A stretch of DNA of 26,709 nt from a candidate division WOR-3 bacterium (GTDB taxonomy: Bacteria > Hydrothermota > Hydrothermia > JBDRYB01): contig JBDRYB010000026.1 of NCBI GenBank assembly GCA_039803205.1, positions 1 to 26,709 of the forward strand. The letters run 5' to 3'. Both the position numbers and the translations under genes were made by a program. The notes beneath the pieces are model-generated. The model searched no databases and was not told the origin of the DNA. It worked only from the letters and a program-made list of their open reading frames with translations. Each line of letters begins with the position of its first letter. Position 1 is the first letter of the stretch. This document shows positions 9,012 to 17,668 of the stretch, piece after piece.

Positions 9012-9617
9012 TCATTTTTCTTCTTTTTGCCTGAAGACTATCCTAGCCTTCACATCCACATCGTTCTCGGCCTTGAACATGGCAAACTCAGGTGGTTCCA
9101 TGCCGTAGTCGGTCAGGAGGATCTTAAAGGAGGCAGTTCCCTTCAAGGCTGATGAGCCTATCTCAACCTGTGCGGGGATGCCGATCTCCTTCGTGACCCC
9201 GTGCAGGGTGAAGCTCCCTATTAAATGCGCGCTCACGGTTTTGCCAATGGCTTCATCCTTTGATGTGATCTTGTCCAGCTCGTCGCTGTGAAGCCCCGTT
9301 ATCTCAAAGCTTATCATTGGATATTTGTCAACCTCAAGGAGCTTGTATGTGTTGTTGTCGCGCATGGAGTTGCCGCTTGTCATGCTTTTTGCCTTCACCT
9401 CTATCTTGCCCTGAATGTTCCTGGTCTCTGGGTCCACCTTGAGCCAGCCCCAAAACTCTCTAACATTGCCCTCCATATCGTGAGTAGTGGCGTGCGCGGT
9501 ATATTTTATGTAGCTTCCGTCGCGATCTATCTCGTAATAGTAAGTCTCAGCGGACACCGGAAGTGCAAAAACGCTAGTAATAGAAATGGAGGCTAAGAGT
9601 TGCTTCGTTATCCTCAT
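9012..9617 (-). CDS. YceI-family periplasmic lipid/polyisoprenoid-binding protein
   Basis: Signal peptide; SGNSMRD, LEVDKYPMISF, GSFTLHGVTKEI, DYGMEPP. Confidence 0.9.
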   Translation of the reverse strand: MRITKQLLASISITSVFALPVSAETYYYEIDRDGSYIKYTAHATTHDMEGNVREFWGWLKVDPETRNIQGKIEVKAKSMTSGNSMRDNNTYKLLEVDKYPMISFEITGLHSDELDKITSKDEAIGKTVSAHLIGSFTLHGVTKEIGIPAQVEIGSSALKGTASFKILLTDYGMEPPEFAMFKAENDVDVKARIVFRQKEEK

Positions 9618-10578
9618 AGCTTTTACCTCCTTTGTGTTTTACAAGGCCATAGGCCCCGTATATCTCTGTGAAAGGCATGGGGATAAACCTCACACCTACC
9701 CTCTGCCTTTCCCCTATTTCGGTTATGTTCGTTCCCCTTAGGTATTCCTGGGTCAGATCATAAGCGAAGAAGGGATAGAACCCTCTTCTCGGTTTCCAAT
9801 AGAGAAAAGCTGTTAGGTCCAGAGTATATGTTGAGTCATACGGAGAGTTGACGAGAACAGCATCAGCCCAGGGATAAAAGTTGAAACCGGAAAACCCCAA
9901 ACTCAGACCATAGTAGTTTCTGTCCATCTTTTTGTAGAAGGAGCCGCCGAACATTAAGTGTCTCAAGAAGACTATGGCCCTCGCGGAGACAGTTCTGAAG
10001 GTATCTGAATCAAAGATGGCCCCCGGCGCGCCGTTTTGGTGAGCAAACGAGATGGTGAGCCATTCAGAATTATAGCCTATCTCGAGGCCCGCGTCCGATG
10101 ACCTCGGACCCACCGGGCCCGCGCGGGAGGCATAGGACTGGTGATCATCTGTCCGCAGGCCAAATGGAGGTTTGAAGAAGCCAGCCTTTATGTATGAGCC
10201 AGACAGTAGGAGATTCCAAATGTATCCTGCGACCTCAGCGCCTCCCCATATGCCTTTATCAACATATACATATACCCTTTCGTTTAGGGCATCCCCTATG
10301 TATATGTCTCCCTGCATCAGAGAGTAAGAGGAAAGTCTATCCGAGTTCCTAGCGTAAAACAGGCGCATGTCTCCGCCATAGGTTATGGTTTCCTCTTCAT
10401 TCAGATAAGGAGGAACATAATCCTGGCGGGGAGCAAAAGGTATCTTTCTGACGCCTATGCCAAAGCCGGGCCCTGCGCGTAGGCCGCCGCCAACCGGATC
10501 AAGATGACAGACTCCGCAGGAGACTCCTCCCTCAAGTCCCAGCTCCGGAGTCGCTATAAGAAAGGCTAAAACCAACAT
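9574..10578 (-). CDS. Putative outer-membrane beta-barrel with N-terminal monoheme CxxCH (Cyc2-like cytochrome-porin architecture)
   Basis: CGVCH followed by LDPVGGGLR near the N-terminus; porin-like IKAGFFKPPFGLR and DAGLEIGY strands; C-terminal LSLHFYY. Confidence 0.7.
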   Translation of the reverse strand: MLVLAFLIATPELGLEGGVSCGVCHLDPVGGGLRAGPGFGIGVRKIPFAPRQDYVPPYLNEEETITYGGDMRLFYARNSDRLSSYSLMQGDIYIGDALNERVYVYVDKGIWGGAEVAGYIWNLLLSGSYIKAGFFKPPFGLRTDDHQSYASRAGPVGPRSSDAGLEIGYNSEWLTISFAHQNGAPGAIFDSDTFRTVSARAIVFLRHLMFGGSFYKKMDRNYYGLSLGFSGFNFYPWADAVLVNSPYDSTYTLDLTAFLYWKPRRGFYPFFAYDLTQEYLRGTNITEIGERQRVGVRFIPMPFTEIYGAYGLVKHKGGKSYEDNEATLSLHFYY

Positions 10579-10590
10579 CTTTTCTTCTCC

Positions 10591-11016
10591 TTATGGGTAA
10601 TATATGAAATTCCCTTGGGTGTGGCAGACCGCGCACGCGGGGTTGGTCGGCTGAGTCGCCATCCAGATCGTGTCCTGGCTCCGGGTTAGGCCTATCCTGT
10701 ATGGCGATGGAACCGGATCCGCTGTCCAAAAATTACCGTTGTAATCAGTAATTAATGTCTGCCTCAGAGCCCCTGCATTGTCATAAACGAGAACCTGGAC
10801 GCTCTCGGCCGGAGCTGAGCCTCCAGCGTCAGTGAACACGGTTCCACCCATGGCCCAGACATATTCCCCTGCTTCGCCTCCGGGTGTGTGGCAAGTCAGG
10901 CAATTCGCTCCTTGATTGTGGCCTGGTCCATAGCCTTCCTCAACGGGCCCGCCTCCGACACAATTCCCACTCAGAATGAAAGCAAGAATAAGCAATGCAC
11001 TTTGCGGTTTCATCAT
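10591..11016 (-). CDS. Exported diheme c-type cytochrome (possible lipoprotein) with a central beta-sandwich segment
   Basis: CLTCH and CAVCH; start moved to 11016 because ATGA overlaps the upstream stop and a hydrophobic leader MMKPQSALLILAFILSGNC follows. Confidence 0.8.
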   Translation of the reverse strand: MMKPQSALLILAFILSGNCVGGGPVEEGYGPGHNQGANCLTCHTPGGEAGEYVWAMGGTVFTDAGGSAPAESVQVLVYDNAGALRQTLITDYNGNFWTADPVPSPYRIGLTRSQDTIWMATQPTNPACAVCHTQGNFIYYP

Positions 11017-12065
11017 CGGTGAACCAACGGAGCGTTTTGCGCGGCCCAGCCCTTCGTCTCTGTGTCGTGGCAGCCAGCGTACAGGCATGTGTATTCCAGA
11101 GTCAGATACGGATTGGCAAAGGAACCAGTAGAATCAAACTGCTGCGCCAGCGAGTCCGGGTTTATGGAGAATAAATGAGACCTTACATCCCCCTCATACT
11201 GGCCTGAGGAGACCGCGGACTTAACCGCGTAGGGCATGTGGCAATCCAGGCAGCTTAGATTCTCCATGCCAGGGATTACAACCTCCTTGTCCCAATGGCA
11301 GGCCTTACAGTCGTTCTTTATTGCCAGATCAGGATTATAGTGCGCGCTCTGGTGTGGATCGTGGCAATCCGTGCAGTCAAAGAAAGCGTGTTTTGAAGCC
11401 AAGAGCTCATTATACTGCTGGTGATGCTGGATGAAACCGCCTTTTGCCGGAATGGTGTAAGGGTTACCCCTTACATGACACTCACCGCACAGCTCCTTTG
11501 ACCTGTCTATAACCATTGCCACATTCTCTGGGTCGGCCGCATGCTCGGAGCCAGGGCCGTGGCAAACCTCGCACTGAATACCCGGGAAGGCCCATGTGCC
11601 TTTTATGCCCGGAAGATTATCCTGATGCCCAGTGGGGGAGTAACCAGTGGTGTGGCATGCTCCACAATCATATGGCACCACCTTATCTGCCTCGTAATCA
11701 ACCCACTGACCCGTCTCAAAGTTATACTGGTTCTGACCTCCCTGGGTTATGATGTATCCGTCCAGGCCTATGAACCTGGCCTTCCAGGCATAACCACCTA
11801 TCACATAGGAAACATCGTTGTAAGTGAAGTGAGGCGGATTTGGCGGCAATTCTGTATAGGGATAGTCGGGTATCTGACCATTGACGACCTTCGTAAGCTT
11901 ATACGGATGGCCTGTTGTTCTGAAGGATGTGTAGATGCCCTCGTGACAGGTAGCACAAGCCTCGGAGCCTATGTACTCGGCCTTCTCGGATGCAGGAATT
12001 CTCCCACCCGTGCATCCAGCCACGGCGAAGCAGATAAACAGCTGGGTTTTTAAATAAGTCTTCAT
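11013..12065 (-). CDS. Multiheme c-type cytochrome lipoprotein (7 CxxCH + 1 CX4CH)
   Basis: CATCH, CGACH, CEVCH, CGECH, CTDCH, CKACH, CLDCH, CLYAGCH; lipobox VAGC; RBS AGGAGG. Confidence 0.9.
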   Translation of the reverse strand: MKTYLKTQLFICFAVAGCTGGRIPASEKAEYIGSEACATCHEGIYTSFRTTGHPYKLTKVVNGQIPDYPYTELPPNPPHFTYNDVSYVIGGYAWKARFIGLDGYIITQGGQNQYNFETGQWVDYEADKVVPYDCGACHTTGYSPTGHQDNLPGIKGTWAFPGIQCEVCHGPGSEHAADPENVAMVIDRSKELCGECHVRGNPYTIPAKGGFIQHHQQYNELLASKHAFFDCTDCHDPHQSAHYNPDLAIKNDCKACHWDKEVVIPGMENLSCLDCHMPYAVKSAVSSGQYEGDVRSHLFSINPDSLAQQFDSTGSFANPYLTLEYTCLYAGCHDTETKGWAAQNAPLVHR

Positions 12066-12069
12066 GATG

Positions 12070-12816
12070 TTACCTCCTTATAGCCTTAAATACAAGGTTA
12101 TTTCCGACGCACACCGTGTATGTGCCGGGGTTCTCCTCGCTCAGATCAACCAGGGCCTCGGTTTCATCCGGAGGGAGGGTTAGGACAGAGACCAGCCTGC
12201 CAGATATGTCCAAAACACGAGCAGTCCGGTACCTATGGGTCGGATTTAACCTCAAAAGGAAAACACCGGGTCGTCCGGTCGGGAAGAGTCCTTCCTCAAA
12301 GCCAATTTCGTCCTCATCCACGGCAACATTCTCGGTGGCTATCAGGAAGGTATCCAGGTTGGGCCCATCCGCGAGGCCCCAGTGAAACGCCAGGTAAAGC
12401 CTTACCTCGCCCGTGCCTGGGGGTGGTGCTGTCCAGTAGAAGGTGCCATAGGTCTGATCGTTAGCCGAAAACCGTACGCCGTTGGTTTCCACAGCCACAT
12501 TATAGGTTTGTGTGTTGGTACCTGCAGTTATCACGCCCGCGTTATTGGACCCAGTTCCTATCCGGCAAGAGCCATTGAAGTTCTTGATAGGGTTGGTGCT
12601 CGTTATGGTTATCTCATACTGCTGATTCGGAGTATAGACTGAGGGAAAACCGGTTATGGTGACCACATCAGTGCCGGACCCATGACACGAAGAAGCACAG
12701 AAACCAAGTGAACCTGGTGCACCTGAGTAGCCCTTATAGCCAGCATGGGCCTCCAACACTGCTGGCAGTCCTGCCAGCATGACGACAGAGATCATGGATA
12801 GAGAAGCTATGCGCAT
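12070..12816 (-). CDS. Secreted Reeler-like (choice-of-anchor V-like) protein with CX3CH motif and T9SS-like C-terminal domain
   Basis: Signal peptide; SGAPG...CASSCH; YTPNQQYEITI and FYWTAPPPGTGEVRLY (Reeler-like); LDISGRLV...PGTYTV tail. Confidence 0.75.
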   Translation of the reverse strand: MRIASLSMISVVMLAGLPAVLEAHAGYKGYSGAPGSLGFCASSCHGSGTDVVTITGFPSVYTPNQQYEITITSTNPIKNFNGSCRIGTGSNNAGVITAGTNTQTYNVAVETNGVRFSANDQTYGTFYWTAPPPGTGEVRLYLAFHWGLADGPNLDTFLIATENVAVDEDEIGFEEGLFPTGRPGVFLLRLNPTHRYRTARVLDISGRLVSVLTLPPDETEALVDLSEENPGTYTVCVGNNLVFKAIRR

Positions 12817-12856
12817 CGCTTAAACCTCCTTTGTCTATAGTTCATATAGGTTGAAT

Positions 12857-12886
12857 AGTTTAAAGCTCAACCTTGCGCAAGATCAA
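12857..12886 (-). promoter_or_regulatory. Sigma70-like promoter for the heme operon
   Basis: Minus strand TTGATC-N18-TAAACT, 40 nt upstream of ATG 12816. Confidence 0.5.
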
Positions 12887-13099
12887 CCTCTACCAACCCT
12901 CACCTGCCCCACTTTCAACTCCTTCTAAGTCCTTGGCCGGCAAAGACTTAGACCGAAGTGCCGATGGCCCAAGAACTTAGATGAGCTAAAATGCGGAATT
13001 CTCCGATTTTATCGGGAAGGTCTGGATTGATGGTTTTTGGTTCCAGAGGCCAAAAGTGGTGGTTTCCGGCCCAGCTATGGCCAAAACAGGGGGAAAGGA

Positions 13100-13350
13100 G
13101 TAGAAAAGTTGGTCCTTCAGATGGCCTGCGATTACGGCTTCAGGATATAAAAATAAAGGGAGCTGAGGGCCTCTTGCAACTATACCTGGGCCAACTTTTT
13201 GGCTAGCGAGGAGAGACTTTTGGTCTTTGCCATTTACGATGAGTTCTCAGGGAAGGCAATACCTCTGGGGTGGGATTATCAGGAATGGGAGAAGTTGAGA
13301 AGGAACCCCCCTCTCAGCTAGCCTTCTGGTTGACAGAGCTGTGAGGAATG
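13100..13350 (+). pseudogene. Degenerate IS4-family (DDE) transposase fragment
   Basis: Frame reads EKLVLQMACDYGFRI*K*RELRASCNYTWANFLASEERLLVFAIYDEFSGKAIPLGWDYQEWEKLRRNPPLS*, resembling the first-Asp/GRAIPLxW region of IS4-type transposases, with in-frame stops. Confidence 0.5.
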
Positions 13351-13373
13351 AGTCGGGCGAACAAAAGCCGCAC

Positions 13374-13402
13374 TTGATCGTCCACGCGATTCGGCTTATA
13401 AT
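13374..13402 (+). promoter_or_regulatory. Sigma70-like promoter
   Basis: TTGATC-N17-TATAAT upstream of 13474. Confidence 0.6.
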
Positions 13403-13473
13403 ATAAGACGAAAAGGGAATCTGATGAAAGAGTTTTGGATTTTAGGATTGCTCTTGATAGATAAAGGGGAGGT

Positions 13474-15189
13474 GTGTTTATGCTGGTCTTGCTTATAGCT
13501 TTCAATGTTATACCCCTGGAGAAAACGATGGGGTATTACAGGCCTCTCCCGCCAGCGGATTATACTCTGCCAGAGACCATGAGGACCATGCCTAAGGAAC
13601 GCATCGTAAAGGAGGGATTGCCTTTGGAAATGGATGTGGTCCCCGGCAGGACTAGTGGCGCTTGGCGGGCTATTGAAGATTCAAGAGAAGAGGATGTTCA
13701 GCCTCAGGACATCGGAATAAACCTCCAGGGTATAACCTTCACCTATTATATCCCGCCGGATGTTCAGATAGCCGTTGGCACGAACCATGTGATAGAGATG
13801 GTCAATTCTCATCTGGCCATATACCGCAAATCAGACGGCGCACAGGTCTATTTCAACAACTACTACAACTTCACGGGCATCCCGGATAACGGAACCAACA
13901 TGCTTTATGACCCACGCATAGCCTACGACATCCAGGCCAACCGCTGGATCATAACCCTGGACCACACTGATTGGAACCGTCAGATAACCGAGGTGGTGCT
14001 CATGGTCTCGGTGGACTCCAATCCCTTCAATGGGTTTTACCTCTACAGGATAAACGCCGCTCTTCCCAATGGCACATGGGCAGACTATCCTATGCTTGGT
14101 TTCAACACCTGGGGAATCTTTATCACGACCAATCAGTTCACATGGGGCGGAGCATATTCTACCTCTCTGCTCTTCATCCTGGACAAGGCCTCAGCTTATT
14201 CGGGTGGGCCATTAACCGGTTCATACACAAATGCCGCCCAACCCGCTTGGCGTGTAGCCATGAGCTTGGATGTTTGCAACACAGCTTTTTTGGTGAAGAG
14301 CTTAACTGGCTCGGGCAATGTGATCCGCGCGTGGAAGATAACGGGGTCTGCCAGCGCCCCTGTTTTCTCTCCCCAGTATAATGTCGCGGTTGCGTTATAT
14401 TCCGCTCCTCCCTCGGCCCGTCAACCTGGCCCTAACGACAACATAGACGCAGGAGACGCGAGGCTCCAGGATGTCACTTTCAAGGGGGGCAGCATCTTTG
14501 CTACGCTTGGGGAGACTCGCAACTGGGGTTCTGGAAACTCTTGTGCCATACGCTACATAAGGATAGACACCACGACCATGACTGCCGCACAGGACCTCAC
14601 TTATGGCTCTGATGCGGTAGATTACTATTACGGCAGGGTTTCACCGGAAAATGCCTGTGAGAGTATGGTCTTTACCAGGAGCTCCAACACTGAGTTCGCC
14701 TCGGTTTATGTTACCACAAAGGCCCTGGGCGCACCCTCATTTCCACCGTCAACACTCATAAAAGCAGGGGAGGCCAGCTATTACCTTCCAGAACCACCGC
14801 CCTCTGCCAGGAACCGCTGGGGCGATTATTCCGGTGTTTATATGGATCCTACAGGAACCTGCGTGTGGGCCGCGGGGGAATACGCTATGACACCGTCGGG
14901 TATTGACCGATGGGGAACCTGGATCGTGCGCTTCTCATGTAACCCACTTTACGAAGGTGTTGAAGAGAAAAGCGCTTCTTCTTCCCTCCTATACTCCGGC
15001 GGCTGGCTCTACTACAGCCTTCCAGACGAGGGCATGGATGTCAGGGTCTACGATGTCCTTGGCAGGATGGTTTGGGAAAGGAGACTTTCTGGAGCCGGGA
15101 GGGTTTGGCTTGATATAGGGTCTGGAGTCTATTTTGTCAGGGCCGGTAGCCAATCTTGCAAGTTGGTCCACCTAACAGAGAAACCATAG
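13474..15189 (+). CDS. Secreted protein of unknown function with T9SS-like C-terminal domain
   Basis: RBS GGGAGG; hydrophobic N-terminus; PPDVQIAVGTNH, DPRIAYD, WADYP, RWGDYS motifs; VYDVLGRMV...GVYFV tail. Confidence 0.8.
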   Translation: MFMLVLLIAFNVIPLEKTMGYYRPLPPADYTLPETMRTMPKERIVKEGLPLEMDVVPGRTSGAWRAIEDSREEDVQPQDIGINLQGITFTYYIPPDVQIAVGTNHVIEMVNSHLAIYRKSDGAQVYFNNYYNFTGIPDNGTNMLYDPRIAYDIQANRWIITLDHTDWNRQITEVVLMVSVDSNPFNGFYLYRINAALPNGTWADYPMLGFNTWGIFITTNQFTWGGAYSTSLLFILDKASAYSGGPLTGSYTNAAQPAWRVAMSLDVCNTAFLVKSLTGSGNVIRAWKITGSASAPVFSPQYNVAVALYSAPPSARQPGPNDNIDAGDARLQDVTFKGGSIFATLGETRNWGSGNSCAIRYIRIDTTTMTAAQDLTYGSDAVDYYYGRVSPENACESMVFTRSSNTEFASVYVTTKALGAPSFPPSTLIKAGEASYYLPEPPPSARNRWGDYSGVYMDPTGTCVWAAGEYAMTPSGIDRWGTWIVRFSCNPLYEGVEEKSASSSLLYSGGWLYYSLPDEGMDVRVYDVLGRMVWERRLSGAGRVWLDIGSGVYFVRAGSQSCKLVHLTEKP

Positions 15190-15190
15190 C

Positions 15191-15809
15191 TTGAGATCCC
15201 GCATACTCTCACCCCCCAGAAACAGGTTCTGATGCAGGATAGCTCGTAAGTTCTTGGGGCACAAGAGCTTAGCGTATCCTCCTCGCAATCGTCCAAGACA
15301 CAGGAGTGCCTTGGTGAAGACGCTATACCTCCTCTCGTAGCTCGTGAGGCTGGGTATGAAGGTGGAGACAAAGGGTTCTATGGCCATACCAACGAGAATG
15401 AGGAAAGCGCAAGCAAGGAATATGGCCTTTATCATTCCTCTGAGCACATCCTTGTTCCTGGCCTTGAGATGCTCAAGTCCCTCGTATGTCCTTGAGGAAG
15501 CCCCTTTTGACCTCGGATTTTGCCTCCCACCATGCGAGGCTTGAGCGGGAATACTCAATTGCCTAGATGTGCACCTTGTCCAGGATGAGACCCTCTTTGG
15601 CCCCCATGGACTTGAGCCAGAGTTTCAGCTTGCTTGATACTTGTGGAGAAAGGAACATAATTTTTTCTCCTTTCCCGGCCCTTCCTTCTTGGGGCCGGGA
15701 TTATATTTTCATCCCTCAGGGCCTCCCTGGGCCACTACGGCCCCAAGGGTTTGAGAGCTTTGCCTTGCAGGATAAGGGTTTCAGAGGGGAGGAAAGTGTG
15801 AGATCTCAG
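15191..15809 (-). mobile_element. Internally deleted non-autonomous IS4-like element (~620 bp)
   Basis: Imperfect terminal IRs TTGAGATCCCGCA / CTGAGATCTCACA. Carries a transposase start (ATG 15658, early stop) and a transposase-like C-terminus (GLEHLKARNKDVLRGMIKAIFLAC...RRYSVF). 15542-15809 is repeated at 1-276. Confidence 0.75.
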
Positions 15810-15898
15810 CTATACGGGGCGTTGAAAGAAGATCTTGGAATAGTTTATAATTATCGGAGCGCGGTTATAAGCTACAAAAACCAAAAGGAGCGTGTTTT

Positions 15899-17518
15899 AT
15901 GCCAAAAGCAACGACTTTGGTGGCCTCAGTCCTGGCTGTGAGTCTCTCGTGGGCTGGTTCCGCGGCTCAGCACCTCTCCAAGATGGACGAGGCCACCAGA
16001 GAAAACGCACTGATAGACCTGGAGTGGGCAGGAGCCCACACCAACGAGATGGCCAACGCTGAGTATCTCTGGAACACTGGAAGATACTCAGAGGCCATAT
16101 CCGCCATAGAAGCACTGGAAGCCGAGCTCGGAGACATGTGTCTCGGAATATCCTGGCGCAAGCCCATAGAGACCGAGAGCCCAAAATGGGGAACGGATGT
16201 TCGTGTGACCCAGTCAAGCTACGACATAAGTGACATCGAGCTTGTCAAGGCCCAAGGCAACAACAACCTATTCGTTTTAGCCATGGGGACCAGTGGCGCT
16301 GATACCTGCTGGACCCTCAATATCTCAACAAACGGAGGAAGCTCTTGGTCAGAAACATACAGATGGAACCTCGCGAATGGCTATGTATTAAAGGATGTTG
16401 ATGCGGCCGAATATCCAGGCTACATATATGTCGCGTATGCCAGCTCTTATAATGACTCAGTTTGGGTGAGGAGGTTCAACGAGACCAACGGGAGCTTTGA
16501 CAACGGGTTCGATTACAAACTCGTGATTGGCACTAACGCGGATATAAGGGAACTAAATCTTGAGCCTAATAGAATGAATTGGGATCAGCTATACTGCGCG
16601 GTCATTAACGCGAGCGGAAGCCTCCTCTATACCTACTCGACTGACGGCGGCTCTACATGGAATTCTGTTTCTACAGGCGTATCAGATGCAAGTGGGGGGC
16701 TTGATATGGACTACGGCTTTATGAGCGGCTCTCAGCACTTCTTCTGGCTCAGTTACATAAATAACGCTGGCGAGCTTTGTGCCAAGGGCCGTGCCCCCGG
16801 TATTTGGGAGGATCACTACAACATCACGGAGGACGCTCACTGGTATACCAGGATAGCCCACCACGGCGATACGATATTGATTCTCTATTCAGACGGAAGT
16901 ACAGGTGATCTTGAATACCAAGTGACCTATGACGACGGGAATAACTGGAATGGAGGGATCCTATACGATTCCACAGATGCTGGAGCGTTTGACATAACCG
17001 GCCGGGGAGGCCAGGGCTGGCAGGCCGCGTTCTGCGATTACTATGCATCTGGCCCTGAGACCATGAAATATAGGCACAGTACCTATCAGTATCCGCACAG
17101 CTGGGACAATGTCCAGAGCTTTGGGGATCACGATGCTTTCTTCAATTACCACAGCTCCATTGACTACCTCGGTGCCTCGGGCGCCTACGGTGTTGCCTAC
17201 ATAGACGATAACTTTGATGTCTGGTTTGACAGGTTGGATTGGGGCGATGTTGCTGAGTCCGCTCCAAAGCCCCTACCCATGGAATTCAAGGCCCTACCAG
17301 GCCCTGGAAAGACAACCCTCTCATTTGTCCTGTCTCAGGAAGGCTTTGCTAGTCTGAGGATATACGATGTCCGCGGCGCTCTGGTCAGAGACCTCTCCGG
17401 CAACTACAAGGAAGGCATGAACAGGGTTGAGTTCGTTCCCGATGGTTCCGGAACCTTCTTCGCTATACTGGTCGCTGGAGGCCGACAGGCAAGGACCAAG
17501 TTCGTGACAGTGAAGTAG
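15899..17518 (+). CDS. Secreted BNR/Asp-box (beta-propeller-like) protein with T9SS-like C-terminal domain, copy 1
   Basis: Signal peptide; STNGGSSWS, STDGGSTWN, TYDDGNNWN Asp-boxes; IYDVRGALVR tail; RBS AAGGAG. Confidence 0.85.
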   Translation: MPKATTLVASVLAVSLSWAGSAAQHLSKMDEATRENALIDLEWAGAHTNEMANAEYLWNTGRYSEAISAIEALEAELGDMCLGISWRKPIETESPKWGTDVRVTQSSYDISDIELVKAQGNNNLFVLAMGTSGADTCWTLNISTNGGSSWSETYRWNLANGYVLKDVDAAEYPGYIYVAYASSYNDSVWVRRFNETNGSFDNGFDYKLVIGTNADIRELNLEPNRMNWDQLYCAVINASGSLLYTYSTDGGSTWNSVSTGVSDASGGLDMDYGFMSGSQHFFWLSYINNAGELCAKGRAPGIWEDHYNITEDAHWYTRIAHHGDTILILYSDGSTGDLEYQVTYDDGNNWNGGILYDSTDAGAFDITGRGGQGWQAAFCDYYASGPETMKYRHSTYQYPHSWDNVQSFGDHDAFFNYHSSIDYLGASGAYGVAYIDDNFDVWFDRLDWGDVAESAPKPLPMEFKALPGPGKTTLSFVLSQEGFASLRIYDVRGALVRDLSGNYKEGMNRVEFVPDGSGTFFAILVAGGRQARTKFVTVK

Positions 17519-17542
17519 GGCTTGTCTTCGCTGAAAAAACAG

Positions 17543-17566
17543 GCCCCGGCTCGTGCCGGGGCTTTT
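17543..17566 (+). terminator. Intrinsic terminator
   Basis: GCCCCGGC-TCGT-GCCGGGGC-TTTT after stop 17518. Confidence 0.85.
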
Positions 17567-17668
17567 AATTTACGAAGAGATCGCGGGGCGTGAGAAAAGA
17601 TCTTGGAATAGTTTATAATTATCGGAGCGCGGTTATAAGCTACAAAAACCAAAAAAGGAGCGTGTTTT

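Noticed and set aside
11017..11088. Upstream extension of the diheme ORF to 11088
   Set aside because: Overlaps the multiheme gene; ATG 11016 gives a coupled start and a proper leader
12967..12988. About 20-nt resemblance to the reverse complement of about 15240-15260
   Set aside because: Short and gapped, with no flanking similarity
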